Assembly (NCBI GenBank): GCA_963817895.1
Contig: CAWFQB010000001.1
Location: 1,056,001 to 1,120,000, forward strand
DNA: 64,000 nt
DNA from: an uncultured Chthonomonadaceae bacterium
GTDB lineage: Bacteria; Armatimonadota; Chthonomonadetes; Chthonomonadales; Chthonomonadaceae
Reading direction: 5' to 3'
The notes beneath the pieces are model-generated. The model was not told the origin of the DNA, searched no databases, and worked only from the letters and a program-made list of their open reading frames with translations. This document shows, one piece after another, positions 11,511 to 20,588 of the stretch. Positions within the stretch are counted from its first letter, which is position 1. Each line of letters begins with the position of its first letter. The translations under genes and the position numbers were made by a program.

Positions 11511-11605
11511 GAAGGCTCCGGGAGTAGATTGTAGGAAGTAGGAGGTAGGTTGTGGGGAGTAGGAGCAATGCAACTACGTATTTTCTACTCCCTATTCCCT
11601 ATAAC

Positions 11606-12754
11606 CTAACTCTCTGTATTTACGAATTGCCGCGCCCAACGGTCGGCTTCCAGCACGTTGGCGAAGGTGGGCGGCAGCGGGTCGTGCTGATCCATCGCGC
11701 GCTCGACGGCGCGGGTTAATTGCAGAAACGGGATTTGGTTGTTCAAAAACAGGTCTACGGCGGCTTCGTTGGCGGCGTTCATCACGGCGGGCATCGTGCC
11801 GCCCTGTGAAACCGCGCGCCGCGCCAGTTGCAGTGCCGGGAATTTGGTTTCGTCCGGCGCTTCAAACGTTAAATTCGCGTAATCTTTCAATTCCATGCGC
11901 GGCAGTTCCGTGTTCAGGCGTTCCGGGTAGACCAGCGCGTACTGGATGGGCAGGCGCATGTCGGGCAGTCCCAATTGCGCCAGCGTGGAGCCATCGTTGA
12001 AGCGCACCATAGAATGAATGATGGACTGCGGATGCACGACCACTTCCACGTTTTCAACCGGCACGTCGAACAGCCAGCGGGCTTCGATAATTTCCAGCGC
12101 CTTGTTCATCAGGGTGGCGGAATTTATTGTCACCAGCCCGCCCATCGTCCATGTCGGATGCTTCAATGCCTGCGCGGGCGTCACTTTCGCCAGTTCTTCT
12201 ATGGGCGTTTTGCGGAACGGCCCGCCCGAGGCGGTGAGCAGTATCCGCTCGACGCTCTTGTCCGGCGCGCCCTGCAAACACTGGAAAATGGCGGAGTGTT
12301 CGCTGTCAATGGGCAGAATAGCCGCATTTTTAGAACGCGCCAACTCCATCGTTGTTTCGCCTGCCGCGACTAAAACTTCCTTGCTGGCAAGCGCGATGTC
12401 TTTGCCCGCATTGAGCGCGGCATGGGTGGGGGCAATGCCAATCGCGCCTGCAACCGCAACCACCACTAAATCCACGTCGTCAAGCGTGGCGACTTCGCAC
12501 ATACCTTCGACGCCACCAACCACGCGCCGATTTCCGTTTGTCGCGCCAAGTTGCGCTTTCAGTTCCCCGATGCGCTCAACCTTACCAATGGATACGCAGG
12601 AACAGTGGAAAGCATTTGCCTGTTCCGCCAGCAGTTCGATATTATTGTTGGCGGCAAGCCCGACAATCTGGAACCGGTCGGGCAGGCGACGCGCAATATC
12701 CAGCACCTGCGTTCCAATAGACCCGGTAGACCCTAATATCGCCAGACGTTTCAT
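11606..12754 (-). CDS. dxr: 1-deoxy-D-xylulose-5-phosphate reductoisomerase
   Basis: LGSTGSIG, PIDSEHSAIFQ, LTASGGPF, HPQSIIHS, NAANEAAV; start at MKRLAIL. Confidence 0.97.
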   Translation of the reverse strand: MKRLAILGSTGSIGTQVLDIARRLPDRFQIVGLAANNNIELLAEQANAFHCSCVSIGKVERIGELKAQLGATNGNRRVVGGVEGMCEVATLDDVDLVVVAVAGAIGIAPTHAALNAGKDIALASKEVLVAAGETTMELARSKNAAILPIDSEHSAIFQCLQGAPDKSVERILLTASGGPFRKTPIEELAKVTPAQALKHPTWTMGGLVTINSATLMNKALEIIEARWLFDVPVENVEVVVHPQSIIHSMVRFNDGSTLAQLGLPDMRLPIQYALVYPERLNTELPRMELKDYANLTFEAPDETKFPALQLARRAVSQGGTMPAVMNAANEAAVDLFLNNQIPFLQLTRAVERAMDQHDPLPPTFANVLEADRWARQFVNTES

Positions 12755-12950
12755 AGTCTCACCTTTTATGATAGAAAATACACAGGACAGGATTAACAGA
12801 ATTTTCAGGATTAACAGAATAGAGGTTAACCGGGGCAATGAACTTGATAAATTCTGTTAATCAGTGAAATCTGTGAATGGCCTTGTGGGGCTGAATTCGT
12901 ACTTCAAATTGTAGCACACAAAATGTTCAACTACCAACGCGAGAAAGGAA

Positions 12951-14333
12951 TTGCGCCGGTTTATGGATACTATTATAGATACAATCCCACTCCGGCAAAT
13001 GTTCGCGCATTTGCCCACGCCCCTGCCCGCTTCGCGCCGCCGGTCTCAATTTTTGCAGGCGGGAAGTCCGCCCGAAACACAGGCGCGGGCGGCTGCCGCC
13101 AATCATACGGGTTGGTTTACGCGCAATGCGCGGTTGTCGCCGGAATTTGAGGTCGTTCGTTATAAAAACGCCCGCTGGCTGTATACGCCGGAAGAGACGA
13201 TTGTGCCGTTTCCGCGTTTGAGTCGGGCAAGCGCGAACGACACGCTGGATCATCTTGTCGCGTTTTGCCGGGAGAAACAGACCCGAACCGTCGCGTTTTG
13301 GGCCTTGCTGCCGACACATCCGCCGGACCTGGGCGCGCGGCTGTGCGCGCGGGGCTTTGAATGGGGCTGGCAGCCGCACTGGATGAGTTTGGAAGCGGCG
13401 ACTATGCGCTCCGACTTTATGGTTCCTGCCGGATTAAGCATTGACATTGTTGAGACCTGCGACTGGAAAGAGGATGACCTGCCCTACTATGAGTCGGCAA
13501 GCCCCGCGATGCTGGCCGATCCTGGTTCCGAACGAGCGCGGCGAACGTGGCATTTCGGCGCGTGGTTAGATGGCAAAATCGTGGGACACGCCATTCTGTT
13601 CGTGACAACGGGGAAAATGGGCATTGGCGGCATTTATAATGTGGGCGTCGTTCCGTCCGCGCGGCGTCAGGGGATTGGCGGGGCGGTCACGCTGGCGGCC
13701 TGTAGGTTCGCGTATGCAATGGGTTGCCATTACGTGATGCTGAATTCGGCGGCGGACTTTTTGTACGAGCGACTCGGCTTTCAATCGCTTGGAAAGGGGC
13801 AAACGTGGTGGCTGCAAAAAGCGGTCATAGCCGCTCCTCCGCCCACTGCCCCGCAAATCGCTTTTGCGGAAGCCATTGGTCGGGGGGATGTTCGCGCCCT
13901 GAAACGATTTATGCTCGCCGAACTGCCGCCCGAATTGAACGCGGTTTTGCCCAATGGCATGACGCCAATGGAATTGGCATTGAAAACAGGGCAGTTGCCT
14001 TCCTCCGAATGGCTGTTGGCGAACGGAGCGGAACTGAACCTGCTGCAAGCGTGGGATTTAGGCTGGAAAGAGCGCGTAGCGGCAATGCTGAACCGGCATC
14101 CCGAATGTGTGAACCGGCGTTCGGGAAGATTGCAGACCACGCCCCTGCATGAAGCGGTTATGCGCAATGACCCCGCGCTGGCGCAGACGCTTCTCGCCGC
14201 TAATCCCGACCTGACCATTCAGGATAATGAGTATCACAGTACGCCGCTTGGCTGGGCGCGGCACTTCGGATACGCCGAAATCGCCGCGCTCATCGAACAG
14301 CATCAAGCCTCCCAATCAGCAGGGGAGGGCTGA
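12951..14333 (+). CDS. GNAT acetyltransferase fused to ankyrin repeats
   Basis: VVPSARRQGIG acetyl-CoA motif, LYERLGF; C-terminal TPLHEAV / TPLGWA ankyrin repeats. Confidence 0.82.
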   Translation: MRRFMDTIIDTIPLRQMFAHLPTPLPASRRRSQFLQAGSPPETQARAAAANHTGWFTRNARLSPEFEVVRYKNARWLYTPEETIVPFPRLSRASANDTLDHLVAFCREKQTRTVAFWALLPTHPPDLGARLCARGFEWGWQPHWMSLEAATMRSDFMVPAGLSIDIVETCDWKEDDLPYYESASPAMLADPGSERARRTWHFGAWLDGKIVGHAILFVTTGKMGIGGIYNVGVVPSARRQGIGGAVTLAACRFAYAMGCHYVMLNSAADFLYERLGFQSLGKGQTWWLQKAVIAAPPPTAPQIAFAEAIGRGDVRALKRFMLAELPPELNAVLPNGMTPMELALKTGQLPSSEWLLANGAELNLLQAWDLGWKERVAAMLNRHPECVNRRSGRLQTTPLHEAVMRNDPALAQTLLAANPDLTIQDNEYHSTPLGWARHFGYAEIAALIEQHQASQSAGEG

Positions 14334-14542
14334 GATACCTAAAACGGCATAATTTTGTCTCAATGCTTCTGTAAAGCGTGAATTTGCGGAACACCCGCCC
14401 CGGTCTTCTCCTTCTCACCATCAATACATTTGCCGCTGCTAATATGTTCGGTCAGGCTTGAAGAAGCGGGATAAGAGCTACAAGGTATAAGCCTAATACC
14501 CAACACCGAACACCAAACATCCACATTGAAGGAAAGATCACG

Positions 14543-15868
14543 ATGTCTGACGATTTCAATCCGTTTTACAATCAGGCGCACAATGCTTCGCGCCGCCGGT
14601 TTCTGGCGACGGCGGGAACCGGAATCATGGCGGCGGGATTGACAGGCGAATGGACGCCTGCCGTCCTTGCGCAGAACGCGGGCGGGCAGGGCGCGAATCT
14701 GCCGCCGCCTATTCCTTTACAGCCGATTTCCGCCCCGACCGAACGCGAAAACGAAAAGGCCCCGACCGCCCTGCCGCCTGACAAACGCGCCGGAGTTGCC
14801 ATTGTCGGCCTGGGCCGATTGTCGCTGGAACAGATTTTGCCCGCATTCGGGCAATCAAAACGCTGTAAGCCTGTCGCGCTTGTCAGCGGCGAACGCGCCA
14901 AAGCCGAGCAAGTCGCGCAGCAGTACGGCATCAAAGCGCAGAACATTTACGACTACAAGACCTACGACAACCTGCGCGACAACCCGGACGTGGATTACAT
15001 TTACATCGTCCTGCCCAACAGTATGCACCTTGAGTATACGGTTCGGGGGGCGCAGGCGGGCAAGCACATCCTATGCGAAAAGCCGATGGCGACGAGCGTA
15101 AAAGAGGCGCAGCAGATGGTGGACGCCTGCAAAAAGGCCGACCGCAAACTGATGATCGCGTACCGCATCCAGTACGAGCCGTACAATCGGGCGATGCAGC
15201 AGATGTTTCGGGGCGGGGATTTGGGAGCCGTCAAAGTAATAGAGATGGCGAACGGCCAGAATCAGGGCGGCGACCTGAACCAGTGGCGGCTGAAAAAAGC
15301 GCTTGCGGGCGGCGGCAGCCTGCCGGACGTGGGCGTATACTGCTTCAACACGGCCCGCTTCCTGACGGGCGAGGAACCTTTTGAGATTAGCGCCCACCAG
15401 TTTACCACGCTCAATGATCCGCGTTTTCGGGAAGTGGAAGAGACGGTCAACTGGATGATGCGTTTTCCGAGCGGGATACAGGCGGTCTGTTCCACAAGTT
15501 ACGGCTGGCACGAGAACCGCTACTACCGCGTATTAGGTTCGGAAAAATGGGCGCAAATGAGTCCCGCATTCTCCTACAGCGGCCTGCAAATGCAGGTCGG
15601 CCACAAGTCCAAAGAGAACCCGCAGATGGAGATCATGGAAGAGCGGAAACTGGAACAGAAGAACCAGTTCGCGCTGGAAATGGATCACATGGCGGAGTGC
15701 GTCCAAACCAACAAGATGCCGTACACGCCGGGCGAAGAGGGCTTGCAGGATCACCGCGTCATGGCCGCCATTTATGAAGCCGCCCACACAGGCCGAACCG
15801 TGAAACTGCCCACCGTCAGCAGCATGGACACATTTCGCGGTACTCCCCCCGTGTCCAGCATGGGCTAA
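14543..15868 (+). CDS. Gfo/Idh/MocA oxidoreductase (glucose-fructose oxidoreductase-like), Tat-exported
   Basis: SRRRFL Tat motif, IVGLGRLS, GKHILCEKP, GGSLPDVGVY. Confidence 0.9.
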   Translation: MSDDFNPFYNQAHNASRRRFLATAGTGIMAAGLTGEWTPAVLAQNAGGQGANLPPPIPLQPISAPTERENEKAPTALPPDKRAGVAIVGLGRLSLEQILPAFGQSKRCKPVALVSGERAKAEQVAQQYGIKAQNIYDYKTYDNLRDNPDVDYIYIVLPNSMHLEYTVRGAQAGKHILCEKPMATSVKEAQQMVDACKKADRKLMIAYRIQYEPYNRAMQQMFRGGDLGAVKVIEMANGQNQGGDLNQWRLKKALAGGGSLPDVGVYCFNTARFLTGEEPFEISAHQFTTLNDPRFREVEETVNWMMRFPSGIQAVCSTSYGWHENRYYRVLGSEKWAQMSPAFSYSGLQMQVGHKSKENPQMEIMEERKLEQKNQFALEMDHMAECVQTNKMPYTPGEEGLQDHRVMAAIYEAAHTGRTVKLPTVSSMDTFRGTPPVSSMG

Positions 15869-16012
15869 ACAACAAGGGCTATAACCGTAGTAAGCGTCAG
15901 AAAGCAAACTAACCCAGCGCCTTACCAACCCTGACTGGGTCAGTAGAGGCGCGGGGTTAGTTTGATTGTTTCTGTTCGCGGAACAATCTGCTACAAAGAT
16001 TCACGTCCTCTA

Positions 16013-16041
16013 TTGACAGGATTGTTGCACATCGCTATAAT
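16013..16041 (+). promoter_or_regulatory. Consensus sigma70 promoter of the TA-like pair
   Basis: TTGACA-17 nt-TATAAT. Confidence 0.8.
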
Positions 16042-16138
16042 GGCAGTCATTACGGATGTAGGACATAGGAATGGGCGGAGGCTTACGATAAGTAATCAAA
16101 GCCTCTGGAGTAAGTTCGTAGGACAGGGTAGGAACATT

Positions 16139-16342
16139 ATGATAAACACCGTTTGGGCGGTTGTCCATGAGGGACGTATTGAACCGCTTCAGCAAATCAT
16201 TGCGCCGGAAGGAACGCGGGTTCTGGTGACGTTGCTTCTGGAAGACGAAGCCGACTTCTGGCTCGACGCGAGTTCTACTTCGCTGGACGGCGTATGGGAC
16301 AACGCGGAGGATGATCGGTATGCCGAACTACTCGACGCCTGA
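16139..16342 (+). CDS. Putative antitoxin
   Basis: 67-aa acidic protein (VWDNAEDDRYAELL) overlapping a PemK-like ORF. Confidence 0.6.
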   Translation: MINTVWAVVHEGRIEPLQQIIAPEGTRVLVTLLLEDEADFWLDASSTSLDGVWDNAEDDRYAELLDA

Positions 16343-16502
16343 AGTCGTGCTGGTGCGTTACCCCTTTTCGGACTTGACAGGCGCAAAGGTGAGACCTGCG
16401 GTTGTCGTCAGCGCAAGCCACGTTTCGCAGGATTTGCTGATCGTGCCGCTGACAAGCAAAACAGGCGGGGCATGGGCAGGCGAATTCGTGTTATGCGAAT
16501 AG
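16320..16502 (+). pseudogene. Truncated PemK/MazF-family toxin
   Basis: VVLVRYPFSDLTGAKVRPAVVVS...IVPLTS is PemK-like, but the ORF stops after 60 aa and no similarity is apparent beyond the stop. Confidence 0.7.
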
Positions 16503-16596
16503 AAATTGGAGGTGGTACTTAACACTGCCAAGTTAATTTGTATTTGGTCTATTGGAACGAGAACTTAATCGCCCTCAAAAGAGGCAAGTTAAAGTT

Positions 16597-17505
16597 TCAT
16601 GTTCGGGCGATATTCGCTGTTGATGTGGCTGTACGTATATGTTGCATCACTTGATTTAACAGGAAATCACTTGTAATGTTTTCACCATTGAGACGCAATG
16701 CCCGAACGCAGGAGGGTTCTAAGGCAATCGTAATTGCGGATGCCCGCTGAATGATGGCGTGGAACTGTGTAGGGTCATGTGGATTTACTGATTGTTCGGT
16801 TTGAAAATAGTCCAGATCAATATCCAAAATATACGGTTCGCGTAGTACATTAGATTTACTTACAGCAACGCCCATTTCTTCAACGTTTCTCAGTCTCTCA
16901 ATAAGATAATCTGCTTCAATTGCCAGATCACAACTTATTCTAAAGCAATCGTCATCGTGCGGGCGTTTGATGCATTCAGATGGGCATTTGGCTTCAACAA
17001 GAAAAATTCGATTTGCTGGAACACTGTATGTGTAGGGTCGAACGGGCATGGTTGGTTCTGATGCTACATATCCTAGTGCTTTCGTAAGCATACACTGTTG
17101 CTGTTGCGCTAGATAAAAAAGCTCTTGATGAGAAGGTGTTCCTGTGCATTCTCTAGAGATAACAAATGCAACATCAACAATTTCAGTGCGTATCGCGGCG
17201 TCGATATGCTCATCATGCTTCAAATGGCTTTTGACTTTAACCACAGTTTCATGGTTTCGGTAATTAAATTTGTTCAGAATTTCACCGGCATATTCAGCGT
17301 AGCTAATGTTTTCGCTTTCTGGTATCTGACTAAATTCCATGTGAAACGCTGAACGCGCATCGGTGTGGTAGTCGAAGGAGATTACTCTTAATGGCTGTTG
17401 AGTATTGCTGCGCTCCGTAGCCCATATTTCGAATGCGGTAGCATGATCGTCAAACGTGTACACCCGCTTACCATTGATATGATGATTTATTTGTTTCTCC
17501 TGCAT
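16597..17505 (-). CDS. UPF0489-family protein
   Basis: DDH, FDYHTD, HDEHI, LDIDLDYF, ITIALEP motifs; AT-rich relative to flanks. Confidence 0.75.
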   Translation of the reverse strand: MQEKQINHHINGKRVYTFDDHATAFEIWATERSNTQQPLRVISFDYHTDARSAFHMEFSQIPESENISYAEYAGEILNKFNYRNHETVVKVKSHLKHDEHIDAAIRTEIVDVAFVISRECTGTPSHQELFYLAQQQQCMLTKALGYVASEPTMPVRPYTYSVPANRIFLVEAKCPSECIKRPHDDDCFRISCDLAIEADYLIERLRNVEEMGVAVSKSNVLREPYILDIDLDYFQTEQSVNPHDPTQFHAIIQRASAITIALEPSCVRALRLNGENITSDFLLNQVMQHIRTATSTANIART

Positions 17506-17543
17506 ATGAAGCACGAAGTTCGTGCAATCCGTTCTACTTTACT

Positions 17544-17909
17544 TCATGACGTTGCTAAATGGATGTTCAGGTCAGCCCATAACTGCGCTTCTTTTTTACG
17601 GGCTTCCACGTAGCCGCAAAGCGTAGAATTCAGAGGGTCCGCGGGATGGTTATTTGTCCATTGCGTCACCGCTTCCTGCGCGGCGAGAAGGGTTTCCATG
17701 CTATGGTAGGGGCGGAGGCGTACCACTTTGTGGTACAGTTCTTTGCGTTCTGCTTGCTCATTGGGTTCTAAATCGAGTTGGCAGGCCGTCGTTTCCAGCC
17801 ACGCGAAGAAAACTTCTGATTTGGCTTGCTCTTCGGGCGTCATGCCTTCCCCACCGGAAGCGCCCTCGCGGTCTGTCTGCCTATCTTGATGCTTTAGTTG
17901 TGTTTCCAT
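17544..17909 (-). CDS. Hypothetical protein
   Basis: 121-aa ORF starting 4 nt after the stop of the upstream HExxH gene. Confidence 0.55.
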   Translation of the reverse strand: METQLKHQDRQTDREGASGGEGMTPEEQAKSEVFFAWLETTACQLDLEPNEQAERKELYHKVVRLRPYHSMETLLAAQEAVTQWTNNHPADPLNSTLCGYVEARKKEAQLWADLNIHLATS

Positions 17910-17913
17910 ACTG

Positions 17914-18561
17914 TTACCCTGTACCCCCGTAAAGTTCCTGACACGCGGCCGCTATCTTCGCCAGTCTTCTGTTTCTTTCCACAATCGGGAAGGACTGAAG
18001 AGCCGCATTCGCGCTCGTTATCGTTTGGTAACTTCTGTCCAGCAGAGGGGTAGACAAAAGTTCGATAAGAAACGTTCGCCATGCGCCTGTATCATAGCCT
18101 GCTTCTTGCGAGATAGCCTCAAGAGCGCGTACATAGCGGTTGTAGTTGTTCAGACTTTCGTATTGGCGTATCTCTTCCAAAACAGGCGCGCTGAACTGCA
18201 AACCCAGTTCTTGTACCAGTTCGGGACGAAGCAGGCGCTCAAGCGTTTCAACAAGACCCTCCTCCCAACCGCGAAGGCCGAAATACACGCCCGGTTCTTC
18301 CGCGCCTGTAGAGAAAGCATGAAGCATCTCGTGGAAGTAGACGATCCACCGCGCTTCTGTCGAAAGAACTCCTCTGTCAACGCATATTGCGCAAGAAGCC
18401 CGCGCTTCATCCCATTGAATTTGTCCCCATGTGAGCAGGTAATTAACGGGAACAAAGTTACCATTCCAGCGGCACTCGCGGCCCGAAAGCAGACGTTCCA
18501 GCAACACTTGAACTTGTCTCAGTTCTCTGACATAATGTTCACTATCTGGTTGAGCGGTCAA
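17914..18561 (-). CDS. Putative zinc metallopeptidase (HExxH...E)
   Basis: YFHEMLH followed by WEEGLVE; probable TTG start with AAGGTG RBS, downstream of a consensus promoter. Confidence 0.55.
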   Translation of the reverse strand: MTAQPDSEHYVRELRQVQVLLERLLSGRECRWNGNFVPVNYLLTWGQIQWDEARASCAICVDRGVLSTEARWIVYFHEMLHAFSTGAEEPGVYFGLRGWEEGLVETLERLLRPELVQELGLQFSAPVLEEIRQYESLNNYNRYVRALEAISQEAGYDTGAWRTFLIELLSTPLLDRSYQTITSANAALQSFPIVERNRRLAKIAAACQELYGGTG

Positions 18562-18625
18562 GAAGCCACACCTTTTACGGAAGCGCTGCCAACAGATATG
18601 CTTCCGATGGTTCCTGCAAGACTGG

Positions 18626-18654
18626 ATTATAACAGAATGTCGGCAGGGTGTCAA
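18626..18654 (-). promoter_or_regulatory. Consensus sigma70 promoter driving the 18561-16597 cassette
   Basis: TTGACA-17 nt-TATAAT on the minus strand. Confidence 0.8.
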
Positions 18655-18836
18655 GAAGCGACAAATAGGCCGAACCGCGCAACGGCCTACCGCAGCAGCA
18701 TGGGCTAAATATTGCATACAGATGAAGAAGGACACAATGGAAAACAGCGACAGAGCGAGAGCCGAAAACGCGAACGAGGGCGCGGCAAAGGACAAGGCCG
18801 TAGTCCGCAAACCGCGCCACTGGCTGGCGCTGCGCC

Positions 18837-20381
18837 ATGCTGTCAATCGTGTTCGTGATGCTGGCGCTGTGGGGCTCGGCTTTAAGCGTGTGTACGCTGG
18901 GGCGAACGGCGTACCGCTGGCACGGCTTTCAGGTGGAATTGCGCCTGCTTCCCGCGAAACGGGGACTGACCACGCTGGTTTTGCGTCCGCTTGGCGAAGT
19001 GCAGGCGTATACCCATGCCGCGCCCGTCGCTCTTATCGCTACGCTGGAAGAGATTCAGGTAGACGAAATTAAAAAACTGGTGGGCAGCAATCCCAACCGC
19101 GACGATCTGGCGCAGGATTTCGAGCGGACGGCGCGGGCGGACTTGCGGAACTTTGTGTTGCGGCAGTTCGTTGTTGCCGCTTTGGGCGGGCTGCTCGCGC
19201 CCCTGCTGTTTCGCGCCCGCCGAACGCGCTGGTACGTGTGCGCCATGCTGCTCGGCGCGTGTGGCGTGGGCGTGATGCTCGGCAACATCCTGACCACGTT
19301 CGACAACCACGCCTTTCGGTCGCCTACCTATACGGGTACGCTGAAACAGGCGCCCTGGGTGATTCAGTTCGGCAAGGACGCCTTCACCAAAATCGAAGCC
19401 CTGTCACAGAAATTGCAGGCCGTCGCCAAAAATCTTGATGTGCTGTATGGGCGCATCAACACGCCTATCGGTGGCGCCACGCTGGACGACGGCCCGGACA
19501 CGTTTCGCATCCTGCACATCTCCGACATCCACAACAACCCCGCCGCGATGAACTTTGTGCGGCAGGTAGCCGACCAGTTCAAAGTGAAGTTCATCGTGGA
19601 TACGGGCGATTTAACCGATTTCGGCAGTCCGGCGGAAACAGCCGTTGCCGGCAACATCGGCAAACTGCCCTATTCCTACGTGTCCGTACTCGGCAACCAC
19701 GACTCACAGGCGGTGGGCAATGCTCTTGCCGCGCAGCCCAACGTCACCCTCCTCAATGGGCAACCCGTAACCCTGAACGGCGTGACTCTGCTCGGCCTGC
19801 CCAATCCCGCCTCGCAGCGCGACGGCGTTGGCAGCGTGGACACGAGCGATGCGCAAATCCAAACACAGCGCGACAAACTGCTGCAAATCGTTCGCGCCCT
19901 GCCGTTCCTGCCTGACATTGTTGCCGTACACGACCCCGAAGAATCCCGCGCCTTATGGGGTCGGGTCCCCCTGATTTTGTGTGGACACGAACACCGCTAC
20001 TACATCGAAACGCATGACGCTTCGGATGCGCAGCCTGCGCCCGCCAATACGCCGCCCGCCCCCGCTATGAAATCCACCATGCAAACCATTGTATGCAATG
20101 CAGGCACAACCGGCGCGGCAGGCGGACGCTATCTCGACAAAGCGAAAGGCATCGCGTTCTCCTGCGCCGTGCTGACATTCAGGAGTACAGAAAAGGAGAA
20201 AAGGAGAAAAGGAGAAGAGGAGACACAGAACGCGCAACATCCGAATGTCAATCCTCAATCGCCAATCGTCAATCGTCAATCCCAGTTGCGCGGCATTGAT
20301 ATGATCGTTCTGAATGGCGAATTAAACCAGTATTCGATTACGCACTACACGTTCAATGCGGAAGGAAGCGTAAAGCCTTGA
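18837..20381 (+). CDS. Membrane-anchored metallophosphoesterase
   Basis: HISDIH, TGDLTD, GNHDS, GHEH motifs; N-terminal TM helices; true start may be ATG 18737 with a 1-nt frameshift near 18835. Confidence 0.85.
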   Translation: MLSIVFVMLALWGSALSVCTLGRTAYRWHGFQVELRLLPAKRGLTTLVLRPLGEVQAYTHAAPVALIATLEEIQVDEIKKLVGSNPNRDDLAQDFERTARADLRNFVLRQFVVAALGGLLAPLLFRARRTRWYVCAMLLGACGVGVMLGNILTTFDNHAFRSPTYTGTLKQAPWVIQFGKDAFTKIEALSQKLQAVAKNLDVLYGRINTPIGGATLDDGPDTFRILHISDIHNNPAAMNFVRQVADQFKVKFIVDTGDLTDFGSPAETAVAGNIGKLPYSYVSVLGNHDSQAVGNALAAQPNVTLLNGQPVTLNGVTLLGLPNPASQRDGVGSVDTSDAQIQTQRDKLLQIVRALPFLPDIVAVHDPEESRALWGRVPLILCGHEHRYYIETHDASDAQPAPANTPPAPAMKSTMQTIVCNAGTTGAAGGRYLDKAKGIAFSCAVLTFRSTEKEKRRKGEEETQNAQHPNVNPQSPIVNRQSQLRGIDMIVLNGELNQYSITHYTFNAEGSVKP

Positions 20382-20588
20382 GCCTTGAGAACAACACTCT
20401 CAACAAATGTTTGCAGGGACACAACATGTGATACTGTTGGCGAACTATTCAGACTGCCGCCCTTACCGCAGGCGTCCTGTGCCGGCAGACGGGCGCGAAA
20501 CTCACAACGGAGTCGTCACAGCCCTCATCGGTAAGTTCCAGACCCGGCGCGCTTCCAGTTGTGTCCGCCCCGGCTGCTTACTCTATCT

